Shown piece by piece: positions 11,511 to 24,430 of a stretch of DNA of 64,000 nucleotides. The notes below the pieces were generated by a model that saw only the letters and a program-made list of their open reading frames with translations, was not told the origin of the DNA and searched no databases. The position numbers were made by a program, and so were the translations under genes. This DNA is from Octopus sinensis (lineage: Eukaryota). The stretch spans positions 13,082,001 through 13,146,000 of the forward strand of contig NC_043014.1 of assembly GCF_006345805.1 (NCBI RefSeq), read 5' to 3'. Positions within the stretch are counted from its first letter, which is position 1, and every line of letters begins with the position of its first letter.

Positions 11511-13229
11511 TACAGGATGATTCAAAAGTGACCATACATAGGAACGATTTATCTTTTTATAAGAAACACTTTATAAGAACAGTTTTTTTTTATTTAACAA
11601 GCTCTATATGGTTACCATTGTTTTGAATACACATTGCAAAACGTCAACCCCACTCACTGTGAACTTGTAATAACACATCTGGTGATACTTGTGCAAAATA
11701 ATTGGTGATGCGTTCCTTCAAATGATTTATGTCTTTTATCTTTCTGCGATACACCTTTTAAATGCTCCGAAAGATAGAAATCAAGTGGGTCAGATAAGGG
11801 GATCAGGGGATCTGGGAGATCTTATAAACTGCTTTTATAAAAAAATTAATTTTTCCTATGTATGGAGCCTTTTGGATCACCCTGTATATATATCATCATC
11901 ATCATCATCATCACTGTTGTAATCATAACTGTTGTTGTTTACGTTGTCATCATTACTTCCTGAGTATAGGCTGGTGGAATTGGCTGAGATAGTTAAATTG
12001 CTTGGATAAATTTTGTCCTTCTCAGTCACGAGTTCTGAATCTGCTGGGTTTGCTTTTGCCTGGGGTATGGGTGGCAGGTTATAAAAAATATATACAATGG
12101 GAGTCAATGGAGTCTGATAAATCTCAAATTCTCTGAAGAGAGAGAGAAAGAGAGAGAAAAAAACATTGAATAAAACCAAAAGAATGCAAAAAAGGAAAAA
12201 ATGTCTTGCTGCTTGTTAAAAATGGGGACAAGCATAAACACAAAGATACACACACACACACACACATGCACACATACGTGCACATAATCAATCATGCACA
12301 CTTGCACATGCATACATGTACATGCACACATGCACATACACAAACATGCATGCACATACAGAAAGGCATGCACACATGTGCACACAGACATGTATGTACA
12401 TGCACACATACATGCACACATACATGCACATGCACACATGCATGCACATAATCAAACATGCATACTTGCACATGCACATACACAAACACATGCATGCACA
12501 TACACAAACATACACACATGCACATACACATGGGCATGCACACATGCATGTATGCACATACACAAATGCATGTGCACAAAAAACACACTTTCTCTCTCTC
12601 AAGACATACTGCTGCTTTTTCTCTCTTTCTCTCTATATATATTTGTGTGTGTGTGTGTGTGTGTGTGTATCTTTGGTAAAGACATTTAACGAACTCTCTG
12701 AATAGGTTATTGCTGTTGATTTTTTTTTTTACCTCCAAGTCAGCCTTGGTTGAGTTGAACTTTCCTAATGAAAGACATTCCAGCTGTGGCGATTCTGTCT
12801 AAAACAACATTGTCCAATGTGTACTTCCATTGTTTTTTACGACAGAATGATGCGAATAGGAGGAGGGGGAGATATATGAGATACGTTTGCTGGTCGAACC
12901 GTTCTGCATAGGTTCACTGATTGACTGCCAAGGGGATTCATGCAGAAATATTTCATTAACTTGTAACACTAAACACCATATTATTGTCTGTGGACACATC
13001 AGTATGCATGCTTCCTGATTGTGTCGGGTGAAAGGTTGGCTGTGTAAGCCAATATATAAGAAAGTATTAATGTGTCTATGTCAGCGAGTAGCCATACAGT
13101 ATAGGTTTGCGGTGGGGGAAATGGTGGTATATGTACGAGGGATAGGATTTAATGAGCGGATGTTGGGCGAAGGCTAGTTAAAAGTGAATGAGAGAACATA
13201 AAGCTGGAAGGAGAGAACAAAGGCAATAT

Positions 13230-13600
13230 TTATATGTCGTATACTAAAGGAGGTGGGTAGATCATGTTGTGAATGTATAAAAGCAGGACCACCAGAACGA
13301 TCACATGGAATACTTTGTAATGCTGTAGCCATCTAATAATTTGGTTCACGGTGCAGAAAAATGCATAAAAACCAATCAGAAAGAGCAGGTGAATAAAGAG
13401 CCAAACATCAAGATTAAGCAGTTGATACCATGGATGGTTTAAATAAGAACCCTTCGGGTGACGACGGCCGAACTGAAGCACCTCCTCCACACCGTCAGCA
13501 GCAACTTGCCTTGGATTCAAGCGGCGGCTGCGGAAAATCTCCGAGTATTTTTGTGCATTCTTCCGGTAGACGGGCTTCGTGGTAACATTCAGGGCAGCAA
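13230..13600 (-). pseudogene. UDP-glycosyltransferase (UGT)-like C-terminal exon fragment
   Basis: KPVYRKNAQKYSEIFRSRRLNPRQVAADGVEEVLQFG...HPWYQLLNLDV followed by a TM helix resembles the UGT C-terminus. No AG acceptor (it abuts (TA)n) and no upstream UGT exons recognised. Confidence 0.6.
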
Positions 13601-13626
13601 TATACAAAGTATGTATGTATATATAT

Positions 13627-13701
<75 letters not shown>

Positions 13702-16229
13702 TGAGTGTATTTTTACCTTGTTAACAATTAACATGGAAAAAAAAAATAAATATATATACCTGGCGTTGCCTGAGTTACATACAATTGAAGAATTAGACTT
13801 TTTTGTTATATTTTCAGTAATGAACTGGAATACCTATGTTTCGAATTTCATCAAAATTGCAGATGAGAGTTATTTCCCTCTTTACACACCCAAATAAAAT
13901 TGTTATCGTGCCACATGTATCCCATACTACTGATTTTTATGCGCATATTCCAAAATTCCAGTCTTATAGAACCTGTTAAAAGGATTTTGCTCCTGAAAAA
14001 TGCAGGTCATGGAGCTCTAAAATGTGAGAGTTAACGCCTCTATTGGGGGTGGGCATCTTAATGTCAACCAGAGAAGTTGAATTGTTGAGAATCTTTTTAA
14101 CTTGGGTCTTATATCAATTGTTTGAATTTCTTTGAAATAGGAAATATGTGTTCACTGGGTTTGTAAAAGAGAGCAAAGCTACAGGAAACCAAAAGACGAA
14201 TGATCACAATAAGCAGTCAGCTACAGTACCCTAGTCGTTACCACTCCCAATGTAATATTCCTCACCATCCAGGTGACAGGCACAGCCGTAAGATGCATTA
14301 TGAATCTATAGCAATTGGAAGGGCGTGACCCAACTGAAATAAACATGAACAACTGTGTGACGTGAGAGCTAAGGAGAAATGAAAGTTGGAGTTTGCAAAT
14401 GACCATTATACTGATACGTAACTGGACAGAATAAATACACAATCTATAAAAGTCACTCATCTGGGAAGGCCTTGAAATCAATGTTACCATGTAGGGACTA
14501 TGTGTGACCCCGTGATAATAAAAAGACTGAAAGGAGATCTGCAATAACTTTACTCAACACTTTGCAACTGAATCAGTGGAGGCAAAGATGCCTCTCATTT
14601 ACTTGACAATTTATGCAGCACATTGCAGAAATCACAATCTAAGTGTATGTCAAAGCAAACTCTTACACTGTTGTACCATTGCTCATCTTCTATGCTCGGA
14701 TGACCCCACAGCTTCCAAGAGTACAACTATTCATCTTTGCTTAGATGAAATGACAAAATTGTGGGTGTTAAGTCCCCATGAAGGGGTCTTTCTAACTTGT
14801 AAGATGAAATTTTATAAATATTACTTGATTTGTATCTAATATCTTTGGTTAAAATTTCATCAACGGCAAAATTATATGAATTGTCATGGGAGTTGTGGCC
14901 CTTATGCATAAAATATAATTTCCAAATTTTGTAAAGATCCATTCAGTACTTTTGACTTAGTTTTGGATCATAAAAGAAATGACTAAAATTTGGGAGTTAA
15001 GGCCCCCATTAGGGTGTCTTAGAATCCTCATGTGAAGTGGAAACTCACATGAGAATACTTCTTGATGTGTGTCAATTACGCATGGTTGAAATTTCATCAA
15101 CATCGAAAATTTATGAATTTTCATGGGGGGGTTCTAATATACCCGCCCTTATGCATTGAATCTAAGTTTCAAATATCATAAGGATCCATTCAGTGATTTG
15201 GGTACATGAAATTGTATGAAACACACAGCATTACCCTTCTCACTAGGCTCCGATTTTGTGTTCCAAATTTCATTATGATCAGTGCAGCAGTTGTCAAATT
15301 TTTAAGTAATACATGAACACATAAAGACATTAATTAGAAATATTGTATTTTAATAGGTATTTTAAAAGAAGTTTCTAGAAAACTAGTTTTTAAACATTGA
15401 ATGGCTATGGGAACCACCAGAATAAAATAACAATCAAAAGGATCTATTGATAAAAAATGGTTGAGAACCCCTTTCTTAAATCAATTGTGTACAATGTTAA
15501 ATGTTCAGATTTTGTAAAAGAGGTCAAGGCCATTTTCTAAATGAGCTGGTTCAACATGGTTATCAAATCAGGTCAGAGCTTCAGGAATCTGCAAAGCCTG
15601 CATCAACAACAGGTTTCCAATGTATGCAGGGGAAATAATTCTGCTGGTTATTGTTTACCCCCATCCCACCTAGCCAATCTTAACTAAGCAGAACTACAAT
15701 CATAAGATGGGATTGAGTATATCTTCGTTTTCATAAGCATGGCACATGCTGGACCACATTATCCAATGTCACTTTCTTTCCTAAGATGGTGGATGTGGTT
15801 TGAGGGAGATCTGGCAGCTATTTCTAGCATAGTGGCTCTTTTGTTGGTTCACCAATTATATTGGAGTGTACATGTGATGGGAACAGACTACACCTGCTGG
15901 AGTAAAATTATATTCTGCTGAAAATAATTAAAATGAACAAAAGAATAACTCTGCATGATTAAAAAGTTCACTTCATAACCATGCACTCTAGGTTCAATCC
16001 TTGGTAGCAGAAGTTTGTTGCATGCCTAATTTGTTTCTATGCCCACATGTGTATCTTTTGTATACTCTCTTTACTCTTTTACTTGTTTCAGTCATTTGAC
16101 TGCGGCCATGCTGGAGCACCGCCTTTAGTCGAGCAAATCGACCCCGGGACTTATTCTTTGTAAGCCCAGTACTTATTCTATCGGTCTCTTTTGCCGAACC
16201 ACTAAGTGACGGGGACGTAAACACACCTT

Positions 16230-17012
16230 GCTAACGCCAACCATTCTGAAAGTGTAGTGGATGCTTTAATGTGCCACCGGCACGAAGGCCAGTCAGGTGG
16301 TACTGGCAACGGCCACACTCAAATGGTGTTTTTTATGTGCCACCTGCACAGGAGCCAGTCCAGCGGCACTGGCAATGACCTCGCTCGAATGTTTTTTCAC
16401 ATGCCATCTGCACAAGTGCCAGTAAGGGGATGCTTTTCACATGCTACCGGTATGGAAGCCAATTAGCTGCTCTGGCAACGATCACATTCGGACAGTGCTC
16501 TTAGTGCTCCACTAGCACAGGTGCCAGTCATCGAATTTGATTTCGATTTCAATTCAATATACACACATTGTGAGCTTCTACACAATTTATGGTTCCAAAA
16601 TTCTGCTCACAAGACATTCTGAAGTAAGCAGATGGCAGCACCAGGCTCCAATCTGATCTGGCAGAGTTTCTACAGCTATATGCCCTTCTTAACGCCAACC
16701 ACTCTGAGAGCGTAGTGGGTGCTTTTACATGCCACCAGCACGAGGGCCAGTCAGGCTGTACTTGCAATGGCCACACTCAAATGGTGCTTTTTATGTGCCA
16801 CCTGCACAGGAGCCAGTCCAGCGACACTGGCAACGACCTTGCTTGAATGTTTTTTTCACGTGCCACCAGCACAAGTACCAGTAAGGCAACGCAGGTAACA
16901 ATCACACTCGAATGGTGTTTTTTACGTGCCACTGGCACAGAGGCCAGGTTGTTGCTCTGGCAACAGTCACGCTCGTATGGTACTCTTAGCGCTCCACTAG
17001 CACGGATGCCAG
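16230..17012. mobile_element. SINE family C with internal ~60-bp tandem subunits and RTE-like (CAT)n tail; copies also at about 32460-32620, 33745-34135, 55640-56110, 62870-63140
   Basis: Recurrent gccagt...tggca...tttttacgtgccacc units and the ggatgcccttcctaacgccaaccac motif. Confidence 0.65.
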
Positions 17013-17085
17013 TCATATATATATATATATATGTGTGTGTGTGGATAAATTTGGCATAATATACAGATATATAGGTTTGTGTCAA

Positions 17086-17129
<44 letters not shown>

Positions 17130-18907
17130 CATTTGTGTGTGTATATATATATATATGTGAGTGTGTGTATAAATATATGTATGTATTTATGCACAGTTTA
17201 TTTAAACTGAATGAATATTTATCTTGCAACTTCAGCCGATGTGTGTGTGTATATATGTACACATATGTATATCTGTTGACTGTAATAACAATCATATTAT
17301 TGAATAAACAATACTAAAACAACCTAAACCTAAATTTTGGCTGAATACGTTTGGCAACTCTTGGAATGTTGATTCTACATCCCATATGATGCCAACTTAA
17401 TCAGCTTGCATTTCCAGCCTTTCGATGTGAATTCTTACCAAGTTATATCTCCTGATCATTTTACACTTCACATCCAGACACACTCCCCATTCATTGTATG
17501 GATTATATGAAATGCTTTTGGTTTTTACAGTCAGTCTCACATTTGTTGAGTAAGCTTTAGTTTTATATGCATTCCAAGTTTATATTTATTGGTGAGGATT
17601 TTGGCATCAAACAGAAATAGTCTAAATTTCACACTGAACCAAACCACATGTGTGTATTCCTTGCAAGAAATCCATGTATGAAATGTTATATTTGTGCACA
17701 AAGGTGGCTGTGGTAAAAGAGGTTGTTGCTGAAGCAGACTTATGATCGAAGACAATCCAGATGTGACCATTCTATGCAGGCAAACCAAAACTTTCTTTAT
17801 TGCTTAGTCAAGAAGATTAATGGGAGATGGGGAGGAAGGTTTCCTCAACTTGGAGACCTGCTCTGAAAATTTGTACCAGAATAGATTCCACTAAAGGCAC
17901 CCAGGGTGTCAGATTATAATGTTAAACTGGGTAACAGATTAAGTCAACGACCCCAATGTAGGGTGTAAAGTGAAGGAAATTTAGCTGCAGTAGCTGCTCG
18001 TATTTTAAACAGCCACATAGAGCCTGTCTTGTTTGTTTGACATGGTGTTCGACAAAATTTGTAGAACATTAAAAGAAAATGGTCTGTGCTATTTATTTTA
18101 TTTATCTTAGCACTACTTTTTTGCATATCTCAACAACATCTAAGCCACTTCTCTGTTCAGTATCTTCCACCTCTCTCCTCTCTGTCATATGTTATATATC
18201 AGTTCTTGCTGCAATGCCTCCTTCTATCCTACTTCTCTGTATCTGGTGGACGCGTCTGAAAGGATTAGAGACAAACACTTTCCTCTCTGGTCAATCTCTC
18301 ATCAACTTTTTCAAGTATCACTTGAAAAGGAAGGTGAGAGTAGAGAGGCAAGTTTTGTCTAGCGACTGTTTCAAAAAAAGATGGGTAAATGTGGGAAGGA
18401 TGGCACGTATGAATGATGAAGCCACCTTGAGCATGATCCTATGAACCATAAAAATTTAAAACAGAGAGTTACTTATTTGTAAATAAATATGTTAATATGT
18501 GACATAATTGCTCGAGATTACTGTGGTCTTTTCGTAGGTTTTTTTTTCCACAGATAAACCTCCCCATTTCTTGGGAACGTTTTCTACTATTTCGAAATTT
18601 TTTGCATATATCCCCAATGATTTCGATCCATTTTGATCATTGTCCCTATTTTTTTTTACTTTGTTTTCACCCCCTACCCCTTGAAAAGAAAAACTCTACA
18701 TTGGAATTGTCCCCTCTGTGTCTAGCCCTGTGTGGTCAATAAAGATATCTATCCTACTTCTCTTTACAGCGCCCTTTACTTTACATATCTTAACAACATC
18801 TTCTGTAACCACTTCTCTCATCAGTATCTTTCTCAGTTTCTGCCTTACTTTACTCAGTAGTATTTTGTATATAACTATTCTCTGTTGTACATTTAATAAA
18901 GTAATCT

Positions 18908-19230
18908 CAGTGGTTAGAGCATCGAGCTTACGATCATGAGGTTGTGAGTTCGAATCCTGGACCGGGCTGCGTGTTGTGTTTTTGAGTAAGACACTTTATT
19001 TCATGTTGCTCCAGTTCACTCAGCTGCAGAAATGAGTTGCAACATCACAGGTGCCAAGCTGTATCTGCTGTTGCCTTTCCCTTTGATAACACTGGTGGCA
19101 TGGAGAGGGGAGGCCGGTATGCATGGGCGACTGCTGGTCTTTCATAAACAACCTTGCCCGGACTTGCGCCTGGGAGGGTAACTTTCTAAGTGCAATCCCA
19201 TGGTCAGTCATGACCGAAGGGGGTCTCAAT
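18908..19230 (+). mobile_element. tRNA-headed SINE (not a functional tRNA)
   Basis: A-box tggttagagc and B-box gttcgaatcc, continuing directly into repeat body. No acceptor stem. Confidence 0.6.
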
Positions 19231-19822
19231 ATTAACAAAACTGTTTTTCATTTAAAAGTAATCTTGAAGCTAAATAAACTCAATACTGCATGATGAGGCC
19301 AGGTTTTTGAATTACAAATACAATCTACAAAAAGGGAGACAGAAATAGGGAGAAGGATCAACCCCAGTCCTGGATATTTATCTTTTACTTGTTTCATTAT
19401 TGGACTGCAGCCATACTGATGTGGAGCATTGAAGGGTTTTAGTTGAACAAATCGACCCCTGTACTTTAACTGGCACTCATATCAGTTACAACAATGAGGG
19501 TTCATTGATCTGATCAACAGAACAGCCTGCTGGGGAAATTAAAATGCAAGTGACTGAGCACTCCGCAAACATGTGAACCCATTGTGAAGTTCTCAAAGAG
19601 ATTCTCCATGACACAGAATGTGACAAGGCTGATTCTTTGAATTTTAGTTACAACTCATTATTGCAAGCTAAGTGTGCTGGAGCAATGTGAAATAAAGCAT
19701 CTTGCTCATGGAAACAGTGCACCACCTTTACAATCATCTTTCATTTCATTTCATCTAGTTTCAGCTCACGAGCTGTGGCCATGCTGGGCAACTGCCATTT
19801 GGTGTTGCTACATGATTTCACT

Positions 19823-20125
19823 TCAAGACCACTTTTTAGCAATTGTCATTTGGTGCATGAGAGAGTTTGATGCAGCTGCCCTCATGTGTACTTCCTGCTG
19901 CGAAGTTGGTTCATATGGGACACCTGACAGGAAGAGGTCCAGCTTTATTTTGAAGACACCTACATCCACCCCATGCAGGTCTCTCAGGTCCTTTGGGAGG
20001 ATATTGAAGAGCTGTGGACCTCTGAAGCCCAGGCTATTGCAGTATCTTGTCCTACATCTTGATGGCAAATTTGGAGTCCTTGGCACTATGCAGTGGCACC
20101 CAGTTCTAGCATTTGTGTTCATGAG
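19823..20125 (-). mobile_element. CR1/L2-group LINE ORF2 3' end
   Basis: NSLGFRGPQLFNILPKDLRDLHGVDVGVFKIKLDLFLSGVPYEP...RAAASNSL. Confidence 0.7.
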
Positions 20126-20377
20126 CTGAATACTCTAAACACTAAGCCTTCACTGTTAAAAGAATTAATATTATTATGAAATTAAAAGAAAAAATAAGCA
20201 CCATTTAATAAAATAGAAAGAAATGGTTCAGGAATGGTTAGTTAATCCAAAAGAGCAAGACATCAAGTTCACAAATCTCTTGCAATACATTACGGAGATT
20301 TACTTGCATAGCAAGTGATTTGATCTGAGATCGTGTGCTTGAAACGAAAACAATTGCAGCGTGGAAGTTGTTTGTAA

Positions 20378-20634
20378 GCCATTTAAGAAACACACAAAAT
20401 CTGTTTGATTTACTTCAACATTTAAGTTTAATTTGTCAAAATATTTTCGTCACTTTAAGACCACAGCCTGTTCACTGACAAAAAGATGCAGCGTAGATTT
20501 TTGTCAGTGAACAGGTCGCGGTCTTAAAGTGACAAAAATATTTTGACAAATTAAACTTAAATGTTGAAGTGAATCGAACAGCTTTTGTGTGATTCATAAA
20601 TGGCTTACAAACACCTTCCATGCTGCAATTGTTT
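20378..20634. repeat. Palindromic element (arms ~120 bp) with unpaired 5' leader from about 20313; second copy at about 47443-47755
   Basis: aacaattgcagcgtggaag...cttccatgctgcaattgttt. It is absent at the paralogous site downstream of the proximal CHDH copy (about 41780). Confidence 0.85.
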
Positions 20635-20948
20635 GCAATTCAATATATTTTGATTACAGGGGAAGAGATGAGAGAGACAGGTGGGTGTAGAAATAAATGA
20701 ACATGAGTTTATGACTAAAATGCTTTGTAAAAATAAATACTTTAATACTCAGAAAAAGATGTCAGCCTTCATGTTAAAAAAAAAAGCAGTAAAAAGGTAT
20801 AATTGAATATTTATATAAGTAAATAAGAAAGCATGCATGCATGCATTTATCCATCAATCAATCAATCAATCAATCAAAGTACAGTAGCTGCAGCAAAGTT
20901 ATAATTTGAAAGGGAAACGGACAAGGTGAAAGGAGTGGATAGCATGAG

Positions 20949-22723
20949 TTATCTTTGGGTATCTAATGATTTGGGCTGCCAGACTGGGGCTGTTGATTTA
21001 GGAAGTGCTGGCCGATTCCGAATGATATCTGCTGCTTTTTCAGCGAGCATGCAAGTCGGACCGTTTAAGTTGCCACTGACTACACTGGGCATGATTGAGG
21101 CATCTACGACACGAAGATTCTCAATTCCATAGACTTTAGTGTCAGGGCCGACCACAGCCATATTATCTGATGGATCTCCCATCTTGCACGTACAACATGG
21201 GTGATAGTTACTGTCAGACTTCTGACGGATAAATGCATCGATTTGTTTATCACTTTGGACATTGGGACCAGGAGCTAGTTCCTCACCTCTATAAGGATCA
21301 AAAGCTTTCTGTGCAAATATCTCTCTTGAGAGTTTGACATTATCTCTCATATCTACTACATCTTGTTCAGTTGTAAGGTAGTTAGCAATTATAATTGGAT
21401 GAACCTTAGGGTCTTTAGACATCAATTTCAAATAGCCTTTACTTGTAGGTCTCATAGGACCCACATAAAACTGATAAGCATGACATGAGCCTGCTTTGCG
21501 ACCATGATCATCCAAAGCAGATGGCAGAAAGTGGAATTGAATATCTGGATGTTCTACACCAGGTCTACTACGAATGAAACCTCCTGTTTCAAAATGAGAT
21601 GTAGCACCATCACCTGTAGATGTCAGAAACCATTGAAGTCCAATTTTAATCATGACATGTGGAAACTTCCATTGCGCTTTGTACAATGTGATTGGTTTAA
21701 GACATTTCTGTTGTAAGCAGACTACAAGATGATCCTGAAGATTTGAGCCTACACCAGGTAAATGATTAACAATTGGAATGTCCAGTTTTTTAAGGTCATC
21801 AGCATTGCCAATACCAGAAAGCATGAGAAGTTGTGGGGAATTGATAGCACCACCACTTAGAATCACTTCCTTGTTGGCCCTTACTTGGTGAATAACACCT
21901 TTCTGTTCGTACTCAATGCCAACTGCTTTGTTACCTTCGAAAAGGATCCTCCTGGCAAATGCATTTACTTCAGTGTCTAGGTTTGGTCTTTTTAACGACT
22001 TCCTCAGGTAAGCACTAGCTGTACTCCACCTCTTACCCTTGTGAACAGTCATGTCCATCCAACCAAATCCTTCTTGCTGGTAGCCATTCATATCATCAGT
22101 GAATGGGTAACCAGCTTGAACACCAGCATCAATGAAAGCTTGGTGCAGCTCGTTATTAGATTTACCCTGAGATACATGCAAGGGCCCTTCTCCTCCCCGA
22201 TATTCATCAGGACCCAGTTCATGTGTCTGAGATTTACGGAAATAAGGTAAACAGTCTGCATATGACCAGTTCAAAGCCCCTTCCTTTTCCCATCGGTCAT
22301 AATCAAGAGCATGACCCCGAATATATACCATTGCATTTAGAGAAGATGACCCACCCCAAACACGGCCCCTTGGCCAATACATTACTCGGTTGTCCATGCC
22401 TCTCTCCGGTTCTGTCATGTAGTACCAATTATATTTATCATCACATAGGTTGTATATCAGAGCTGCGGGCATGTGGATCTTCCAAGTATAGTCCTTTGGA
22501 CCAGCTTCCAATAGAAGTACAGTATTGTCAACATCTTCTGTAAGGCGATTACTGAGGACACACCCTGCAGACCCGGCCCCAACAACAACGTAACTATATT
22601 CCTTGGTGGCTGTTACTGAGTCTTTTGAAGATGTACTAAAATAACGACCAGTCGATTGGCTGCCTGAGAAAGGAGGTCGATGATGGCAGTGGGCAGTCAA
22701 CATACCAGGGTTTATCGGCAGGG
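20949..22723 (-). CDS. CHDH: Choline dehydrogenase-like terminal exon, distal copy (altered active site)
   Basis: Intact, 1775 nt, same acceptor. 29 aa differences from the proximal copy by my count, including DHLEVYI>DHLVVCL and SAYHP>SNYHP. Confidence 0.92.
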
Positions 22724-24372
22724 CTAGAGGGTAAGAGAAAGATGAATACAAAGTAGGATATAGTAGTATAAATACAGCAGACAACAGTTATATATAAACT
22801 CACTATTAAAAGCAGACAAATAAGTAATTTGATAACTTCTTCCAGGCCCAAGATTAGAAATTTAAGAGAAAGGGACAGTTGGTTATATCAACCCCAGTAA
22901 TTTACTAGTACCTATTTTATGAACCACGCAAAGAATGAAAAAGGAAAAGCATATGATGTGAACTCAAAATATAAAGTGTCATGTTTAAAAATGAAGGAGC
23001 ATGGCCTTATGATTAGGGTGTTGTACTCCCGATTCTGAATACCTACTTCTTTACTAACCACAAGGGGCCAAACACAGAGGGGACAAACAAGGACAGACAA
23101 ATGGATTAAGTCGATTACATCAACGCCAGTGCATAACTGGTACTTAATTTATTGACCCCGAAAGGATGAAAGGCAAAGTCGACCTCGGCGGAATTTGAAC
23201 TCTGAACGTAACGGCAGACGAAATACCGGTAAGTATTTCGCCCGGCGTGCTAACATTTCTACTAGCTTGCCCGATTCTGAATACCAGTCAAATTATAGAG
23301 TTTACTGGGTACTTTTTACAAGGCACCAGCATTAGTGAGGTCACCAAGAGCATGCTTGTACATGGTTGTTTGTGTGAATGTGTTTGTATTTTCCTCATCT
23401 TCACATGTGTTCACTTGCTAATTTCTAAGCAATGGCTTTACTGATGTTATTATTTGCTTGTAGTTCACTGCGAAAGCATGTACAGGATGCTTTTTCAGTT
23501 CTATATTTAAGAGATGAGGAATTATGTACATTATTTACATTTGACGGATATTTGTCCTCATCTTGTTTGTTGTTAACACAACATTTCAGCTGGTATACCC
23601 TCCACCCTGCTTCAGGTGTCTTGGGGAAATTTCAAACCCGGGTTCTCATTCCTACGGTATTTTTTGATGTTATTTTTATTGTTATTGTTCAGGTCACTGT
23701 TTGGAATTGAACTCGGAAACTTGGGGTTAGTAGCCTGCGCTCTTAACCACAACGCCATATGCTTTTTGCTTGGTAGATTGGGTGATAATTGTCTCACATG
23801 GAAGCAAATGGAGGCTGGGCAACAGGAAGAGCATACAGCCATGAAAATCTCTGTCCCAACAATGACAACTGAGAGTGGTACAACATTCAGAGATAAGACT
23901 GAATGACTCTTAAAACTTTAAGGTCTCTGCACAAGAGACCTTGTTTATGGCACAGGAGTGGCTGTGTGGTAAGTAGCTTGTTTACCAACCACATGGTTCC
24001 GGGTTCAGTCCCACTGCGTGGCACCTTGGGCAAGTGTCTTCTACTATAGCCTCGGGCCAACCAAAGCCTTGTGAGTGGATTTGTTAGACAGAAACTGAAA
24101 GAAGCCTGTCGTATATATGTATATATATATAAGCGTGTGTGTATTTGTGTGTCTGTGTTTGTCCCACTAGCATTGCTTGACAACCGATGCTGCTGTGTTT
24201 ATGTCCCCGTTACTTAGCAGTTCGGCAAAAGAGACCGATAGAATAAGTACTGGGCTTACAAAAGAATAATTCCTGGGGTCGAGTTGCTCGACTAAAGGCG
24301 GTGCTCCAGCATGGCCACAGTCAAATGACTGAAACAAGTAAAAGAGTAAAAGAGTGTATACACACATATATA

Positions 24373-24430
<58 letters not shown>

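Noticed and set aside
11058-12738. Many ORFs rich in YI/HT/CV repeats
   Set aside because: Translations of (TA)n/(CA)n microsatellites.
12732-12797. 66-nt GT-AG-bounded micro-exon and a downstream acceptor at about 12134
   Set aside because: The phases do not join without a stop and no protein similarity is recognisable.
16230-17012. Regularly spaced ~60-bp units suggestive of a CRISPR-like array
   Set aside because: The units are degenerate internal subrepeats of a dispersed eukaryotic SINE, with no unique spacers and no cas genes.
18245-18315. Minus-strand hammerhead-like trace (TTGATGA...ACGCGTC)
   Set aside because: The core is broken: no CUGA start and no GAAA.
18908-18975. Possible tRNA gene
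   Set aside because: A and B boxes are present but there is no acceptor-stem pairing, and it continues into a SINE body.
22223-22543. 106-aa plus-strand ORF conserved in all three copies (also 25808-26128 and 43385-43705)
   Set aside because: Antisense shadow of the CHDH frame. Its conservation follows from the duplication.
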